In this document: piece after piece, positions 44,648-57,759 of the stretch | How positions within the stretch are numbered: the first letter of the stretch is position 1 | Layout of the letters: every line of letters begins with the position of its first letter | Assembly (NCBI GenBank): GCA_964016885.1 | Contig: OZ024743.1 | Span: forward strand, 299,646,001 to 299,710,000 | Reading direction: 5' to 3' | Length of the DNA: 64,000 nucleotides | Source of the DNA: Eledone cirrhosa | Lineage: Eukaryota | Notes under the pieces: model-generated | What the model was told of the DNA's origin: nothing | Databases searched by the model: none | The model's input: the letters and a program-made list of their open reading frames with translations, nothing else | Position numbers and translations under genes: made by a program

Positions 44648-47600
44648 ATGACCTCACTCAGAATAGGCAGCATAAATGCGCGTGGCTTGGGGTCGTCATG
44701 GAAGCAGGGTCACCTGCTCAACGACCTCAGGTCACTAAACATAGATGTAGTGGCCATCAGCGAGACCAGAATCTCCGAAGCACGGGCCTTCGCACCGATC
44801 TTCGGCGGCTACGATGTGTACGCATCTCCCAGCCATCCTGGATCGGGGGGAGGAGTTGCTGTGCTTTTTCGGAGAGGTTTGGATCTCGCCATACGGGCCA
44901 TCTTCCTGGACCCAGAGGGTAAACTGGTGGTGCTGGACGTGACCAGCGGAGACGGGCAAGCTTTCAGGCTAGTGGCCGTCTATGCCCCGACAGGAGCAGG
45001 GCGGCCTGATTTCTTCCGGCGTCTGGAGACCTTTCTTGGAACGCCCCGCTCTTTAGAGTTAGTGGGCGACTGGAACGGGATCTTAGATGCACGCTCGGAC
45101 TGTGTGGGATTAGCGGATAGGGGTGGAGGGTGCAAGAGCCTCAGCAACCTGCTCAGGCGTTTTGAACTGTCTGACAGGTACCGATTGGATTTCCCGAATG
45201 TGCCAATGTGGACTCGGACAAATCGCATAGGGTCATCCAGATCATATCTAGATAGAGTATTTTGTAGGGAAATAGATAGGTCTAGCATAGGCTGTCCACA
45301 ATTCAAGATAGTCAGCTACACGGACCACAAATTCGTGATCTGTGTGCTTGACTTAGATAGGCTTCATAGACGAGGACCCGGCTACTGGAAGCTAAACGCG
45401 TCCTTACCAGCGCGCAAGGCCTACAGAGACCGGATTAGCGAACTAGTTAAGCGGGCGTTGACGGGGGCCATCGTCAACAACAAGTGGTGGTTTGCTCTGA
45501 AAAGAGCGATTAGAATAGAATCCATTAGGTTTAGTAAGGCTTTAGCAATAGAGAAAAATAGAGCAGAGGGAGAACTAGTTAGAAAATTAGACGAGGCGCT
45601 TAGCAAAGGCATTGCGACCGACGTGCTTGCGGCGAAATTGGCCCTTGACCAATTCTTCAATACAAAGCACGAAGGCTGTGTTGTCAGAGCAAGGGTGCGT
45701 TCTCTCAGACACGAGGGGACGAAAGCCGTTCAATGGGCCCGAGTGGCGGAGGCGCGTCGTGGCAACAAAGCCACGATCCGGTCCTTGGTGGACCATGACG
45801 GGCGCATGCTACTCGATCCCGGACAAATGTGTGAAGCTTTTCAGCGACACTTCGCTCAGCTCTTCGGGGGCAGCGGTGGGCCGGGTCGAGGGATGGACTT
45901 TAGTGTCTACCTCGACGGACTGCCGCGGCTCTCGGCCAATGAGGCGAAGTGTTGCGAAAAGCCGATAACAGCCGCTGAAGTAAGGGAGGCAATGACTGGC
46001 TGCACAAGGGTTAAATCGCCTGGTTTGGATGGTCTGCCCTATGAACTTTACGTACAGATGCCAGACTTGTTCGGAGGCCTCTTGGCGGACGTCTACTGCA
46101 ACTGGCAACATAACGGGAGAATTCCCAGTTCTGTGAGCCGAGGAGCGGTGGCACTGCTGAGAAAGGATCCGGACAAGGGGGATAACATAGATAATTTCCG
46201 GCCCATAACTCTGCTAAACACAGAGTTCAAGATTTTGGCCAAGGTGCTAGCAAAGAGGTTGGCGCTTGTCGTTGGTGGTCTGGTGGGAGAGGCGCAGACA
46301 TGCGCCATTTCCGACAGATCCATCCACGACAACCTCCACATCATGCGATGCATCGTAGAGAGGGTAGCTAAGAAACCTGGCACGGGTGGGTCCTTGATCA
46401 ATTTAGATCAGTCGAAAGCTTTCGATAGGGTCGACCATCGTTACCTAGCGGCAGTCCTGAGGGCGGCTGGCTTTGGGCCCGTCTTCAGAGGCTAGATCGC
46501 TGCCATGCACAGCGACATCTCCTCTGTGGTGAGAGTGAACGGTCACCTGTCGGAACCGTTCAACATCATGCGCTCGGTCCGCCAAGGATGTCCCCTCTCG
46601 TCTCTCTTGTACGTATTGACTCTCGAGCCATTACTGCACAAACTGGAGACGTTGAGGGGGGTCCCGCGCGAACTAGGATGCGGAAGATCCGTGTCAGCAT
46701 ATGCGGACGATGTCACCGTAGTGGTGTCGAACACCAAACACATCGAGGCGATCGGCACTACACTAAGAGAATACGAAGCGGTGACAGGAGCAATGATCAA
46801 CCAGGAAAAGTCAGTGGGCCTGCAGCTCGGCACCTGGAGAGGCAGGTCCATGCCGTCCAACAGCGTCGTCGGACGCTGGACGGACGGACCGGTTAAATTG
46901 TTAGGGGTCTGGTTCGGTCCGGACCTCCAGACGGACAAAAACTGGGACGAGGTGACGAGCAGGTTGGCTTCTCTCACCCATAAATGGGCGGAGAGAAAGC
47001 TATTCCTGAAAGGTCGAGTGGAGGTGGCTAACGCGTACATCGCGTCTGTCATCTGCTACCGCCTGACCGTCGTACCTTGTCCTAAGCCTCGCCTGACTGC
47101 GCTGGAGCGTTTGCTCTTTCGCTTTTTGTGGAAGGGACGCGCTCCGATGGTCAGGTGGTCCATCTGTTGTCAACACCCGCTACGTGGAGGGCTGGGCATG
47201 CCGTGGCTGATGATGCGCAGGCACGCGCTCAGGATACATCTCCACATCTTCCTCGACGGTGATTAGGTGTGGTCGCCGTTTGCTAGACACGTATTTCCCC
47301 AGCTCGTTTCCTTGACGGAACTGCAGTCCTGGGTCAAGCGAAGACCGAGAGGGAGCGCCTGTAGACTGGAATGTCTTCAGGCGCTCACAGCCCTCGACCA
47401 ATCGGGCAATGTGATCGGTGGAAACTCCACCTCGGCGTTCTATAGAGGATTAGTGGAGGGGGAGAGCGACGACGTACTTGGAGAAACTCTAGGCGTCCAC
47501 ACAAATCAACTAGCCAATCTCTTCAGAAGAACTTTCGGGCCGGGGCATATGGACAACTTCCAGAAATCTCTGGCCTGGCAGTGCTACCGAGGAGCCTTGC

Positions 47601-48064
47601 CAGTTCGGGATAAACTCTACAGGCATGGAGGTGCCGTCAGCCGGGCATGTCCGAGATGCGCGCAGGGCGACGAAACCGTCCTGCACGCACTCGTCCAGTG
47701 TCCGAAAATTGCTGACTTGTGGGTTTATGTCGAATACCTGCTGTCGCGTTTAGGACGGATCCGGCTATCATCTGAGTCCATCGTCAGGATTGCCCCACCC
47801 TCCTCCTTTAGCCGGGAAGGGCAGGCAGTTTTTATCTGTCAGGTGGCCATGGCGAAAGAGATAGTATGGTGGACACGTTTGAAAGGGCTGAAGACGAGCA
47901 CTTACCTCTTCGGTGATGCTCTGATTGACTTTTTCAAATTTCATTTGAAAAGGAAAATCAGAGTAGAGAGGGAAGTGCTCTCTTCCCAGCATTTTGTTAA
48001 AAGATGGGTGAGAGAAGCAAGAATGGCCCGAGTGAATGGGCCTACTCTGAGTATATATCTGTAA
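44648..48064 (+). pseudogene. Tx1-like ORF2 (APE-RT-Zn), collinear but with two in-frame TAG stops
   Basis: ORFs 44648-46495, 46505-47266 and 47267-48064 share one frame; SINARGL, ISET, GDWN, YLDR, TDH, VRQGCPLS, YADD, CPRC..ETVLHALVQC. Confidence 0.93.
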
Positions 48065-48319
48065 ATTAAAGGTGGAAAACTGGGAGAGGGCACTTGCCTT
48101 GGTGGTCAGGGTCATTGTGGATTTTACTGGTCTTTCTCCACAAATGTCCCTCCGAAGTCTCCCCCCTATTGGGGAATTTTTCATTGTTATTTTTTGTTAC
48201 ACCCTCTGTTTTTGTTTTTACACGTAGAAATGCCCATTTGTACCGTCCTGTACTGTCCTGCACTGTCCTTAATGTCTACTTTATGTAAACCCCTGTGGTT
48301 AATAAAGAAATCATTATTA

Positions 48320-48386
<67 letters not shown>

Positions 48387-48390
48387 TAAT

Positions 48391-48790
48391 TAATTAAGTC
48401 AGATATGTAAATTTTGGCATTGTTTATCATATATTATAGATATACTGCTATATATATTTCGATGACAGCCATCATTGGCTGTGACCTCTTCAGGGAGTCC
48501 GAATTGTTGTGGGAAAGACAGGTACACATGTTGGTGAAGTGTGTTTTACTCCGTCAATACATCGATATGTCCAGCTCCTGGTTGTGTTGTTATTTCTTTG
48601 AGGAACTGGAATCATATGCATTGACGGAATAAAACTCACTTCACCAACACGTGTACCTATCTTTCCAAAACCAATTCGGACTGCCTGAAGAGGTCACATC
48701 CAATGATGGCTGTCACCTAAATATATATATAGCAGTATATCTACAATTCATAATAAACGAAGCCAAATTTTACATATTTGACTTAATTAT
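48391..48790. mobile_element. Head-to-head inverted HHR element, same family as 61939-62300
   Basis: ~190 bp diverged arms; HHR on the minus strand at 48444-48498 (core intact) and on the plus strand at 48680-48736 (GAAA changed to TAAA). Confidence 0.85.
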
Positions 48791-48890
48791 TTTACATTAC
48801 TCCGAAGTAAACAAATCAAATTGCCTACCTCGTCGAGTGCTCCAACTTGCATACTTAGGTGTCGGTAATTAACCAACATATACCCAACAT

Positions 48891-49780
<890 letters not shown>

Positions 49781-51200
49781 ACTTTGAATAACTTTGAAAT
49801 GTTTTGGCCAGTATTGGCCGAGGCCATCTCTAACTTAATAGCACCACCTGGCGAAGTCTTTCAATTCAGGATTTGGGCACCATGGCCCATTCGAGAAGAG
49901 AATTACTGTTTGCGGAGACATATCCGGGTGTGGGTGGTTTGTCCGGGATTACTTGGAGGAATTTGTCCAAAGACTTCTTGAATTTTGTGTGGTCAGTTTC
50001 TGTTTTGACGTGTCCTGGTGTGCTGTTGAAGAGAGCAGGGCCGATTGAGGTGAAATAATTGTGCCGTATTGTTGTTATGAGTTGCGATTTAGATTTTTGA
50101 ATGGGACTGATAGCACGGGGCCCAAGCCTTGGGTGTATCTTGAAGGCGATGCCAACATCATTTGGGCAGTGATGATGGAACATTTTCCACATCATGCAGA
50201 TAATATAACGCTCACGGCGACGTTGGAGTGAGTAAAGTTTCAGGTTTTCTAGTCGACCCCAGTAGTCAAGGTCTGACATGCCATCTATCTTTTTCGTGAT
50301 TGCCCTTTGAGGAGCTTCAAGTTTCATGATACTTTGTTTCGTGTGGGGAGACCACAGTGGACAACAGTATTCAAGGTGTGGTCGGGCAAAAGTAGAGAAG
50401 AGAAGGATAATGGTGTGGGAATCTCTCGACTAGAAGGTTCTGAGGTTCCAGGAACACATTCTGCGTGCCATGTCAACTTTACTGCTTATATGCGTGGCCC
50501 AGCTATGTTGCTGTCCACGGTTACTCCCAAGTTTCTGATTTTGTTAGATGCCACGAGAGTTTCCCCGGAGGGAAGGGAGTACGGGAGTTTCAGAGCATCC
50601 TCTTTTCCAAAGTGGATCAGTTCGAATTTGTCTTCGTTCAGTAACATGTTGTTCTTTTCCACCTATTGGGTAACAGCCAGTAGGTCTGACTGAAGGCTTA
50701 TCCGGTCATCCACGCCAATGATGACCTTTTGGAGCTTGGAATCATCAGCGAAAATTTTAATGTTGCTGTGTTTGATGATGTCAGTGATGTCATTAATATA
50801 GATAATGAAGAGAAGTGGGCCCAACACAGTGCCTTGTGGGACCCCACTACTGACTTTGGCTGGGCTGGATTTGACTCCTTCAACTACAACATGTTGGGTT
50901 CTATTTGACAGGAAGCTCTTGATCCACTGCAGCAGCTTTCCAGTGACACCAATATTGGACAGCTTTCTCAGTAGAATGTTATGATCAACCCTGTCAAAGG
51001 CCTTGCTGAAGTCAAGGTAGATAACATCAGTGCTGGAACCCTCTCCCAAGGCTCTCAAAATGTCAGCAAAGTGATGCAGTAGCTGCGTCAGGCAATCCCT
51101 TCCATTACGGAATCCATGCTGGTTGGAGTGCAGCATATTGTTACTCTCAAGGAAGTGGGTCATTCGCGATCTCACCACTCTCTCAAATACCTTAATGAGA
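49781..51200 (-). mobile_element. 5'-truncated CR1-group LINE (RT to 3' UTR)
   Basis: NQHGFRNGR, YLDFSKAFDRVDH, SGVPQGTVLGPLLF, FADD, LYSLQRRRER; contains stops and frameshifts. Confidence 0.9.
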
Positions 51201-51511
51201 TAAATATATATATATTAAAACAAATAACGAAACGAAATTAAATTTCGTTTCGTTTGTAACTCACTTTTGTATGACTGACGCTTAAACAATTAAGTTAAAA
51301 AAATGTACATCTACATATGCATACTGAAATACTAGTGTGCATATGAATACACACACGTATATATATGTAGATGTAACAAGTCTTTCACTGGTTGCTTTAC
51401 TGTGAGCAACCCAGCTATTCTGTATGTAAACACACAGACAAACCGGTTTTTAGAGTCATACTGGTTTTCGAGGAAACACCTTCCCTCTATTCTCCAGAAA
51501 GCCAGACAAGG

Positions 51512-51556
51512 AATATTGAACTAGTTTCGTTGTTGTTACAACTCATCAGCAATATT
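51512..51556 (-). ncRNA. Minimal type I hammerhead ribozyme
   Basis: AATATTG-CTGATGA-GTTGT-AACA-ACAAC-GAAA-CTAG-TT-CAATATT on the minus strand. Confidence 0.92.
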
Positions 51557-51979
51557 TACATATCTACCGGCCTTTCTGGAGAATTGTAAAAGCACATATC
51601 GTTATATGCTTTTTCTATGAAAATTAATAGTGGGCAGACTAATTTGCATGGAGTGTGAGTACGCACCGGTTCAGCGGAGACGATAAAAACAAATAACGAA
51701 ACGAAATTAAATTTCGTTTCGTTTGTAACTCACTTTTGTATGACTGACGCTTAAACAATTAAGTTAAAAAATGTACATCTACATATGCATACTGAAATAC
51801 TAGTGTGCATATGAATACACACACGTATACATATGTAGATGTAACAAGTCTTTCACTGGTTGCTTTACTGTGAGTAATCCAGCTATTCTGTATGTAAACA
51901 CACAGACAAACCGGTTTTTAGAGTCATACTGGTTTTCGAGGAAACACCTTCCCTCTATTCACCAGAAAGCCAGACAAGG

Positions 51980-52024
51980 AATATTGAACTAGTTTCGTTG
52001 TTGTTACAACTCATCAGCAATATT
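51980..52024 (-). ncRNA. Minimal type I hammerhead ribozyme
   Basis: Identical 45 nt motif. Confidence 0.92.
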
Positions 52025-52447
52025 TACCTATCTACCAGCCTTTCTGGAGAATTGTAAAAGCACATATCGTTATATGCTTTTTCTATGAAAATTAGTAGTG
52101 GGCAGACTAATTTGCATAGAGTGTGAGTACGCACCGGTTCAGCGGAGACGATAAAAACAAATAACGAAACGAAATTAAATTTCGTTTCGTTTGTAACTCA
52201 CTTTTGTATGACTGACGCTTAAACAATTAAGTTAAAAAATGTACATCTACATATGCATACTGAAATACTAGTGTGCATATGAATACACACACGTATACAT
52301 ATGTAGATGTAACAAGTCTTTCACTGGTTGCTTTACTGTGAGCAACCCAGCTATTCTGTATGTAAACACACAGACAAACCGGTTTTTAGAGTCATACTGG
52401 TTTTCTAGGAAACACCTTCCCTCTATTCTCCAGAAAGCCAGACAAGG

Positions 52448-52492
52448 AATATTGAACTAGTTTCGTTGTTGTTACAACTCATCAGCAATATT
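52448..52492 (-). ncRNA. Minimal type I hammerhead ribozyme
   Basis: Identical 45 nt motif. Confidence 0.92.
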
Positions 52493-52776
52493 TACCTATC
52501 TACCAGCATTTCTGGAGAATTGTAAAAGCACATATCGTTATATGCTTTTTCTATGAAAATTAGTAGTGGGCAGACTAATTTGCATAGAGTGTGAGTACGC
52601 ACCGGTTCAGCGGAGACGATAAAAACAAATAACGAAACGAAATTAAATTTCGTTTCGTTTGTAATTCACTTTTGTATGACTGACGCTTAAATAATTAAGT
52701 TAAAAATGTACATCATAGAAAAAGCATATAACGATATGTGCTTTTACGATTCTCCAGAAAGGCCGGTAGATTGGTA

Positions 52777-52821
52777 AATATTGCTGATGAGTTGTAACAA
52801 CAACGAAACTAGTTCAATATT
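52777..52821 (+). ncRNA. Minimal type I hammerhead ribozyme
   Basis: AATATTG CTGATGA GTTGT AACA ACAAC GAAA CTAG TT CAATATT. Confidence 0.92.
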
Positions 52822-53243
52822 CCTTGTCTGGCTTTCTGGAGAATAGAGGAAAGGTGTTTCCTCGAAAACCAGTATGACTCTAAAAACCGGTTTGTCTGTG
52901 TGTTTACATACAGAATAGCTGGATTACTCACAGTAAAGTAACCAGTGAAAGACTTGGTACATCTACATATGTATACGTGTGTGTATTCATATGCATACTA
53001 GTATTTCAGTATGCATATGTAGATGTACATTTTTAACTTAATTGTTTAAGAGTCAGTCATACAAAAGTGAGTTACAAACGAAACGAAATTTAATTTCGTT
53101 TCGTTATTTGTTTTTATCGTCTCCGTTGAACCGGTACGTACTCACACTCTATGCAAATTAGTCTGCCCACTACTAATTTTCATAGAAAAAGCATATAACG
53201 ATATGTGCTTTTACGATTCTCCAGAAAGGCCGGTAGATAGGTA

Positions 53244-53288
53244 AATATTGCTGATGAGTTGTAACAACAACGAAACTAGTTCAATATT
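53244..53288 (+). ncRNA. Minimal type I hammerhead ribozyme
   Basis: Identical 45 nt motif. Confidence 0.92.
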
Positions 53289-53710
53289 CCTTGTCTGGCT
53301 TTCTGAAGAATAAAGGAAAGGTGTTTCCTCGAAAACCAGTATGACTCTAAAAACCGGTTTGTCTGTGTGTTTACATACAGAATAGCTGGATTACTCATAG
53401 TAAAGTAACCAGTGAAAGACTTGGTACATCTACATATGTATACGTGTGTGTATTCATATGCATACTAGTATTTCAGTATGCATATGTAGATGTACATTTT
53501 TAACTTAATTGTTTAAGCGTCAGTCATACAAAAGTGAGTTACAAACGAAACGAAATTTAATTTCGTTTCGTTATTTGTTTTTATCGTCTCCGTTGAACCG
53601 GTACGTACTCACACTCTATGCAAATTAGTCTGCCCACTACTAATTTTCATAGAAAAAGCATATAACGATATGTGCTTTTACGATTCTCCAGAAAGGCCGG
53701 TAGATAGGTA

Positions 53711-53755
53711 AATATTGCTGATGAGTTGTAACAACAACGAAACTAGTTCAATATT
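53711..53755 (+). ncRNA. Minimal type I hammerhead ribozyme
   Basis: Identical 45 nt motif. Confidence 0.92.
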
Positions 53756-54010
53756 CCTTGTCTGGCTTTCTGGAGAATAGAGGAAAGGTGTTTCCTCGAA
53801 AACCAGTATGACTCTAAAAACCGGTTTGTCTGTGTGTTTACATACAGAATAGCTAGATTACTCACAGTAAAGTAACCAGTGAAAGACTTGGTACATCTAC
53901 ATATGTATACGTGTGTGTATTCATATGCATACTAGTATTTCAGTATGCATATGTAGATGTACATTTTTAACTTAATTGTTTATATATATATATATATATT
54001 TATATATATT

Positions 54011-54041
<31 letters not shown>

Positions 54042-54080
54042 ATATATATTTATGTATATATATATTTATATATATATATT

Positions 54081-54114
<34 letters not shown>

Positions 54115-54123
54115 TATATATAT

Positions 54124-56448
54124 TACTCTTTTACTCTTTTACCTGTTTCAGCCATCCGGCTGAGGCCATGCTGGGGCACCGCCCTTGTTGCTACACATTT
54201 TATCTCCAGCCTGTATAGGTTGGCCACTGGTGTAGGAGGGAGTTTGTTGCTGCTGCCCTTAGGTTTCCCTCGTGTCTTGCTGTGGGCTCATCCGGGATCC
54301 TGGATAACAAGGTGTCGAGATGTTTCTTAAAGACATCCACCTCCACGTCATGCAAGTCTCGCAGATGCCTCGGCAGCCTGTTGAAGCGTTGAGGGCCCTT
54401 GAATCCCAGGCTATTGCAATACCTGCTCCTTATTCTAGATGTGGAAGACGGGACCTTTGGCACCACACAGTGACGTCCTGTTCGACGGTTGGTCCAGCTC
54501 CCAATGCCAAAGTTTGGTGCTAGTCCCTCCAGGATTTTCCACATGTCGATCACTGCGTATCTCTCCCGTCTTCGCTCCAAGGAGTAGAGGTTCAGTTCCT
54601 TCAGCCTCTCCCAGTAGCTTGTCTCCCTCATCTTGGCAATCCTCTTGGTGTAGCTTCGCTGGATTGCCTCAAGCTCCGTGGTTAGTTTGACACTATGGGG
54701 TGACCACAGCTGGGAGCAGTAGTCCAGGCGGCTTAGGACAAAAGTCCTCCACAGTGTCAACATGGTGTCTCGATCTCTTGTAAGGAAAGTCCTCAAGATC
54801 CAGCCAGCGAATCGTCTACATGCTGTCGCCACCTTCATGATGTGTGAAGAAAAAGATGCATCATCGCTCATGTCTATGCCCAGGTCTCGTATCGATTTTG
54901 ACACGGGGATATCGGTCCCTCCTGGTCCTGTGTAGCTGTGTTCCGCTATATTTGTGTTTGTGTTTGCAGGTTTGTATTGTAGGGCTTGGAATTTGCCAGC
55001 ATTAAATTGCATGTTGTTTTCTTCCGCCCATCTGTATATAGCAGCCGGGTTTTTGATTGCCTGTGCTACCTTAGTGTCATCAGCATAGCTAGTGAGGGAT
55101 GTTGTTGTATGCACCACAGAGGGCATGTCCGAGAGAGCCACCAAAAACAGTAGTGGTCCCAGGACTGTCCCCTGAGGCACCTCACTTGTTATCGGTGTTT
55201 CCCTCGAGAGGGCCCCATTTGCTGCGGCTGCCTGGCTTCTGTCCCTTAGGAAGCCATGCAGCCACTCACCTACTTTTCCAGTTATGCCGAGTCCGTGTAG
55301 TTTGTGACATATCATTCCGTGGTCGACCTTGTCAAAGGCCTTCGCAAAGTCAAGATATATCACGTCTACATGTGAGCTGTCTAGTAGTTGTCTCAGTACC
55401 CAGTCGTAGTGATGTAGCGGCTGTGTAAGGCAGCTTCTTCCTGAGCGGAAGCCATGTTGCGTGCTAGTCAGGCGGTCATTTTCTTCGAGGAAAGTGATTA
55501 GTTTCTTTCTGATGACTCGCTCCATGACCTTACTGATATGCGACGTCAGGGAGACTGGCCTATACTTCTTGGCCTCCGCTCTACTACCTCCTTTATGGAT
55601 AGGGCATATTGTGCCTTCTTTCAGCTCCCTGGGTAGTACACCGCTAGCCAAGGAGCTTCTGAAGAGCATCTTCAGTGGAGTTGCTAAGGCCCGCTTACAT
55701 ATTTTTAGGAGAACTGCTGGGAATCCATCAGGTCCAGCAGCAGAGTCTGTTCTAATTTCATCAATGGCGTACACCACATCCTCCTCCGTTATGTCTATGT
55801 GGTTGATGGTTGCCATTTCTTGATGTAGTGTTGTGGCATCAAATAACTCCTCTGGCTTCGTTATTTGCATGTGCCTCAGTGGACATGTGAAGACACTTTT
55901 GTACTGTTCCTTCAATATTTCACATATCTCTTGGGGATTTTCGGTTAATGAACCGTACGTGTGGAAGAGTGGTCCAATCTTGCAGTGTACTGAGGCAGTT
56001 TCTTTTGCAAATTTAAAGAAGGCCTTAGGGTTTGTTTTAATGTTTTCTATGGCCCTGTTCTCTTTCCTTGCCCTCTCATTCTCATGTGAAAGCTTGAGTG
56101 CAATCTCGGTGTCAAGTTGTGCACGTTTCAAATAGGATTCCTTCTTGTTTTGGTTTTGTTGACTATTCAACTGGTTTGAGAGTTTAGTTCTACGTCTCAT
56201 AAGGATTTTCCTATCTCTGGGAATAAGATTTTTGTGTCTGTTTGCCTCTTTCTCCGGGACACACTTTTTGCATATGGTGTGTATCGTTGTCATGAAGTGT
56301 TGAAATTGTGTGTTAGTGTCTTGTGTGGCGATGTTTGCACTCCATGTTTGCTTCCGGATTTCACTCTTAATCTTCTTCCAGTCAGCCCCGTAGAAGTTAA
56401 GGCTGGATAGCGTCCCGGAGCTTCTTGGTGGTTTTGTCTCTATTTTGT
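54124..56448 (-). mobile_element. 5'-truncated CR1-group LINE with a long open RT frame and (GAGTAAAA)-type tail
   Basis: ORF 54200-56293: SAAGPDG, YRPVSLTS, QHGFRSGRSC, YLDFAKAFDKVDH, VPQGTVLGPLLF, YADD, LDYCSQLWSP, LYSLERRRER. No endonuclease domain; inserted in (TA)n. Confidence 0.92.
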
Positions 56449-56451
56449 CGC

Positions 56452-56921
<470 letters not shown>

Positions 56922-56975
56922 CCTTTTGATAACCCTGTTTCTATTATACAAATTGTCTGTGTTAAAATGTTTATA

Positions 56976-57011
<36 letters not shown>

Positions 57012-57236
57012 AATTGTTTATATTTATCTTCCATTATACTTTTGTGTAAGAATCTTTTTCAAGTTATGTTCCAAACACCATCTTAATTGAGACCAACCCA
57101 CCTGTATGATATGCCCGTTACTAAATACATTGATTTATTAACATTTTTCTTTAAATCATGTTTTAGTTAATTTATTTAGAAAAAAAATAGATGCACTAAC
57201 ATCTATACATACCCAACATTATTTCTAACATCATAG

Positions 57237-57430
57237 GGCGGTGGATTGGCAATATCGGTAGAAGATCGGACGCCGTGCTTCGACGTATAGAGTTATGGCC
57301 CTTTCCATTCTGAGTTCAAATCCCGTTGAGGTTAACTTTGCCTTTCATCCTTACGGGGTCGATAAAATAAAGTACCAGTAATGTATTGGATAATTGCTGA
57401 CCTTGTGCCAAAAGTAGAAACAATTATTTC
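57237..57430 (+). mobile_element. tRNA-derived SINE copy with 16 bp target-site duplication
   Basis: GGCGGTGGATTGGC head, GAGTTCAAATCCC B box and conserved core; ATTATTTCTAACATCA on both sides. Confidence 0.88.
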
Positions 57431-57759
57431 TAACATCACATTAAATATTAAAATCTTTACTCCAATACTACAAATTTTCATTACAGTCTGTCTACCAGTA
57501 GAGATACTGTAAACATTTGAATTAACAAACATGTTTTCTATATGTTTACTGCTAAATCATTACTGGATGTTAGGAGTTAATTTAACTCTTTAGTGTTCAA
57601 AGCAATTATTTCCCCTTCATTTGTTCAATCCGGCCGAAACCAGCCGATTACACCCACACTAAAATTATTAGTGGGAAATAGTATATATATAGGTTTCAAG
57701 GAACATAGAATATTAATCTGCAGTTAAATCATAATATGTGTTTACATAGTTGTGTCAGT

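Larger units (their letters stand above)
42314..48370 (+). mobile_element. Tx1-like element, copy 2, directly after the tail of copy 1
   Basis: Same organisation; AATAAA at 48301 and a long (ATT)n tail. Confidence 0.9.
51216..52713 (-). repeat. Tandem array of ~3.2 copies of a 468 bp HHR-containing monomer (retrozyme-like), left arm
   Basis: CAAATAACGAAACG recurs at 51221, 51690, 52158 and 52626. Confidence 0.95.
52714..53982 (+). repeat. Tandem array of ~2.7 copies of the 467 bp monomer in inverted orientation, right arm
   Basis: CATAGAAAAAGC recurs at 52714, 53181 and 53648; reverse complement of the left arm. Confidence 0.95.

Noticed and set aside
38718-47401. Antisense and overlapping ORFs shared by both Tx1 copies
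   Set aside because: Explained by GC-rich coding sequence and recent common ancestry.
51216-53982. CRISPR array or DNA transposon with long TIRs
   Set aside because: There are no unique spacers, cas genes or transposase. The arms are tandem arrays ending at different phases.
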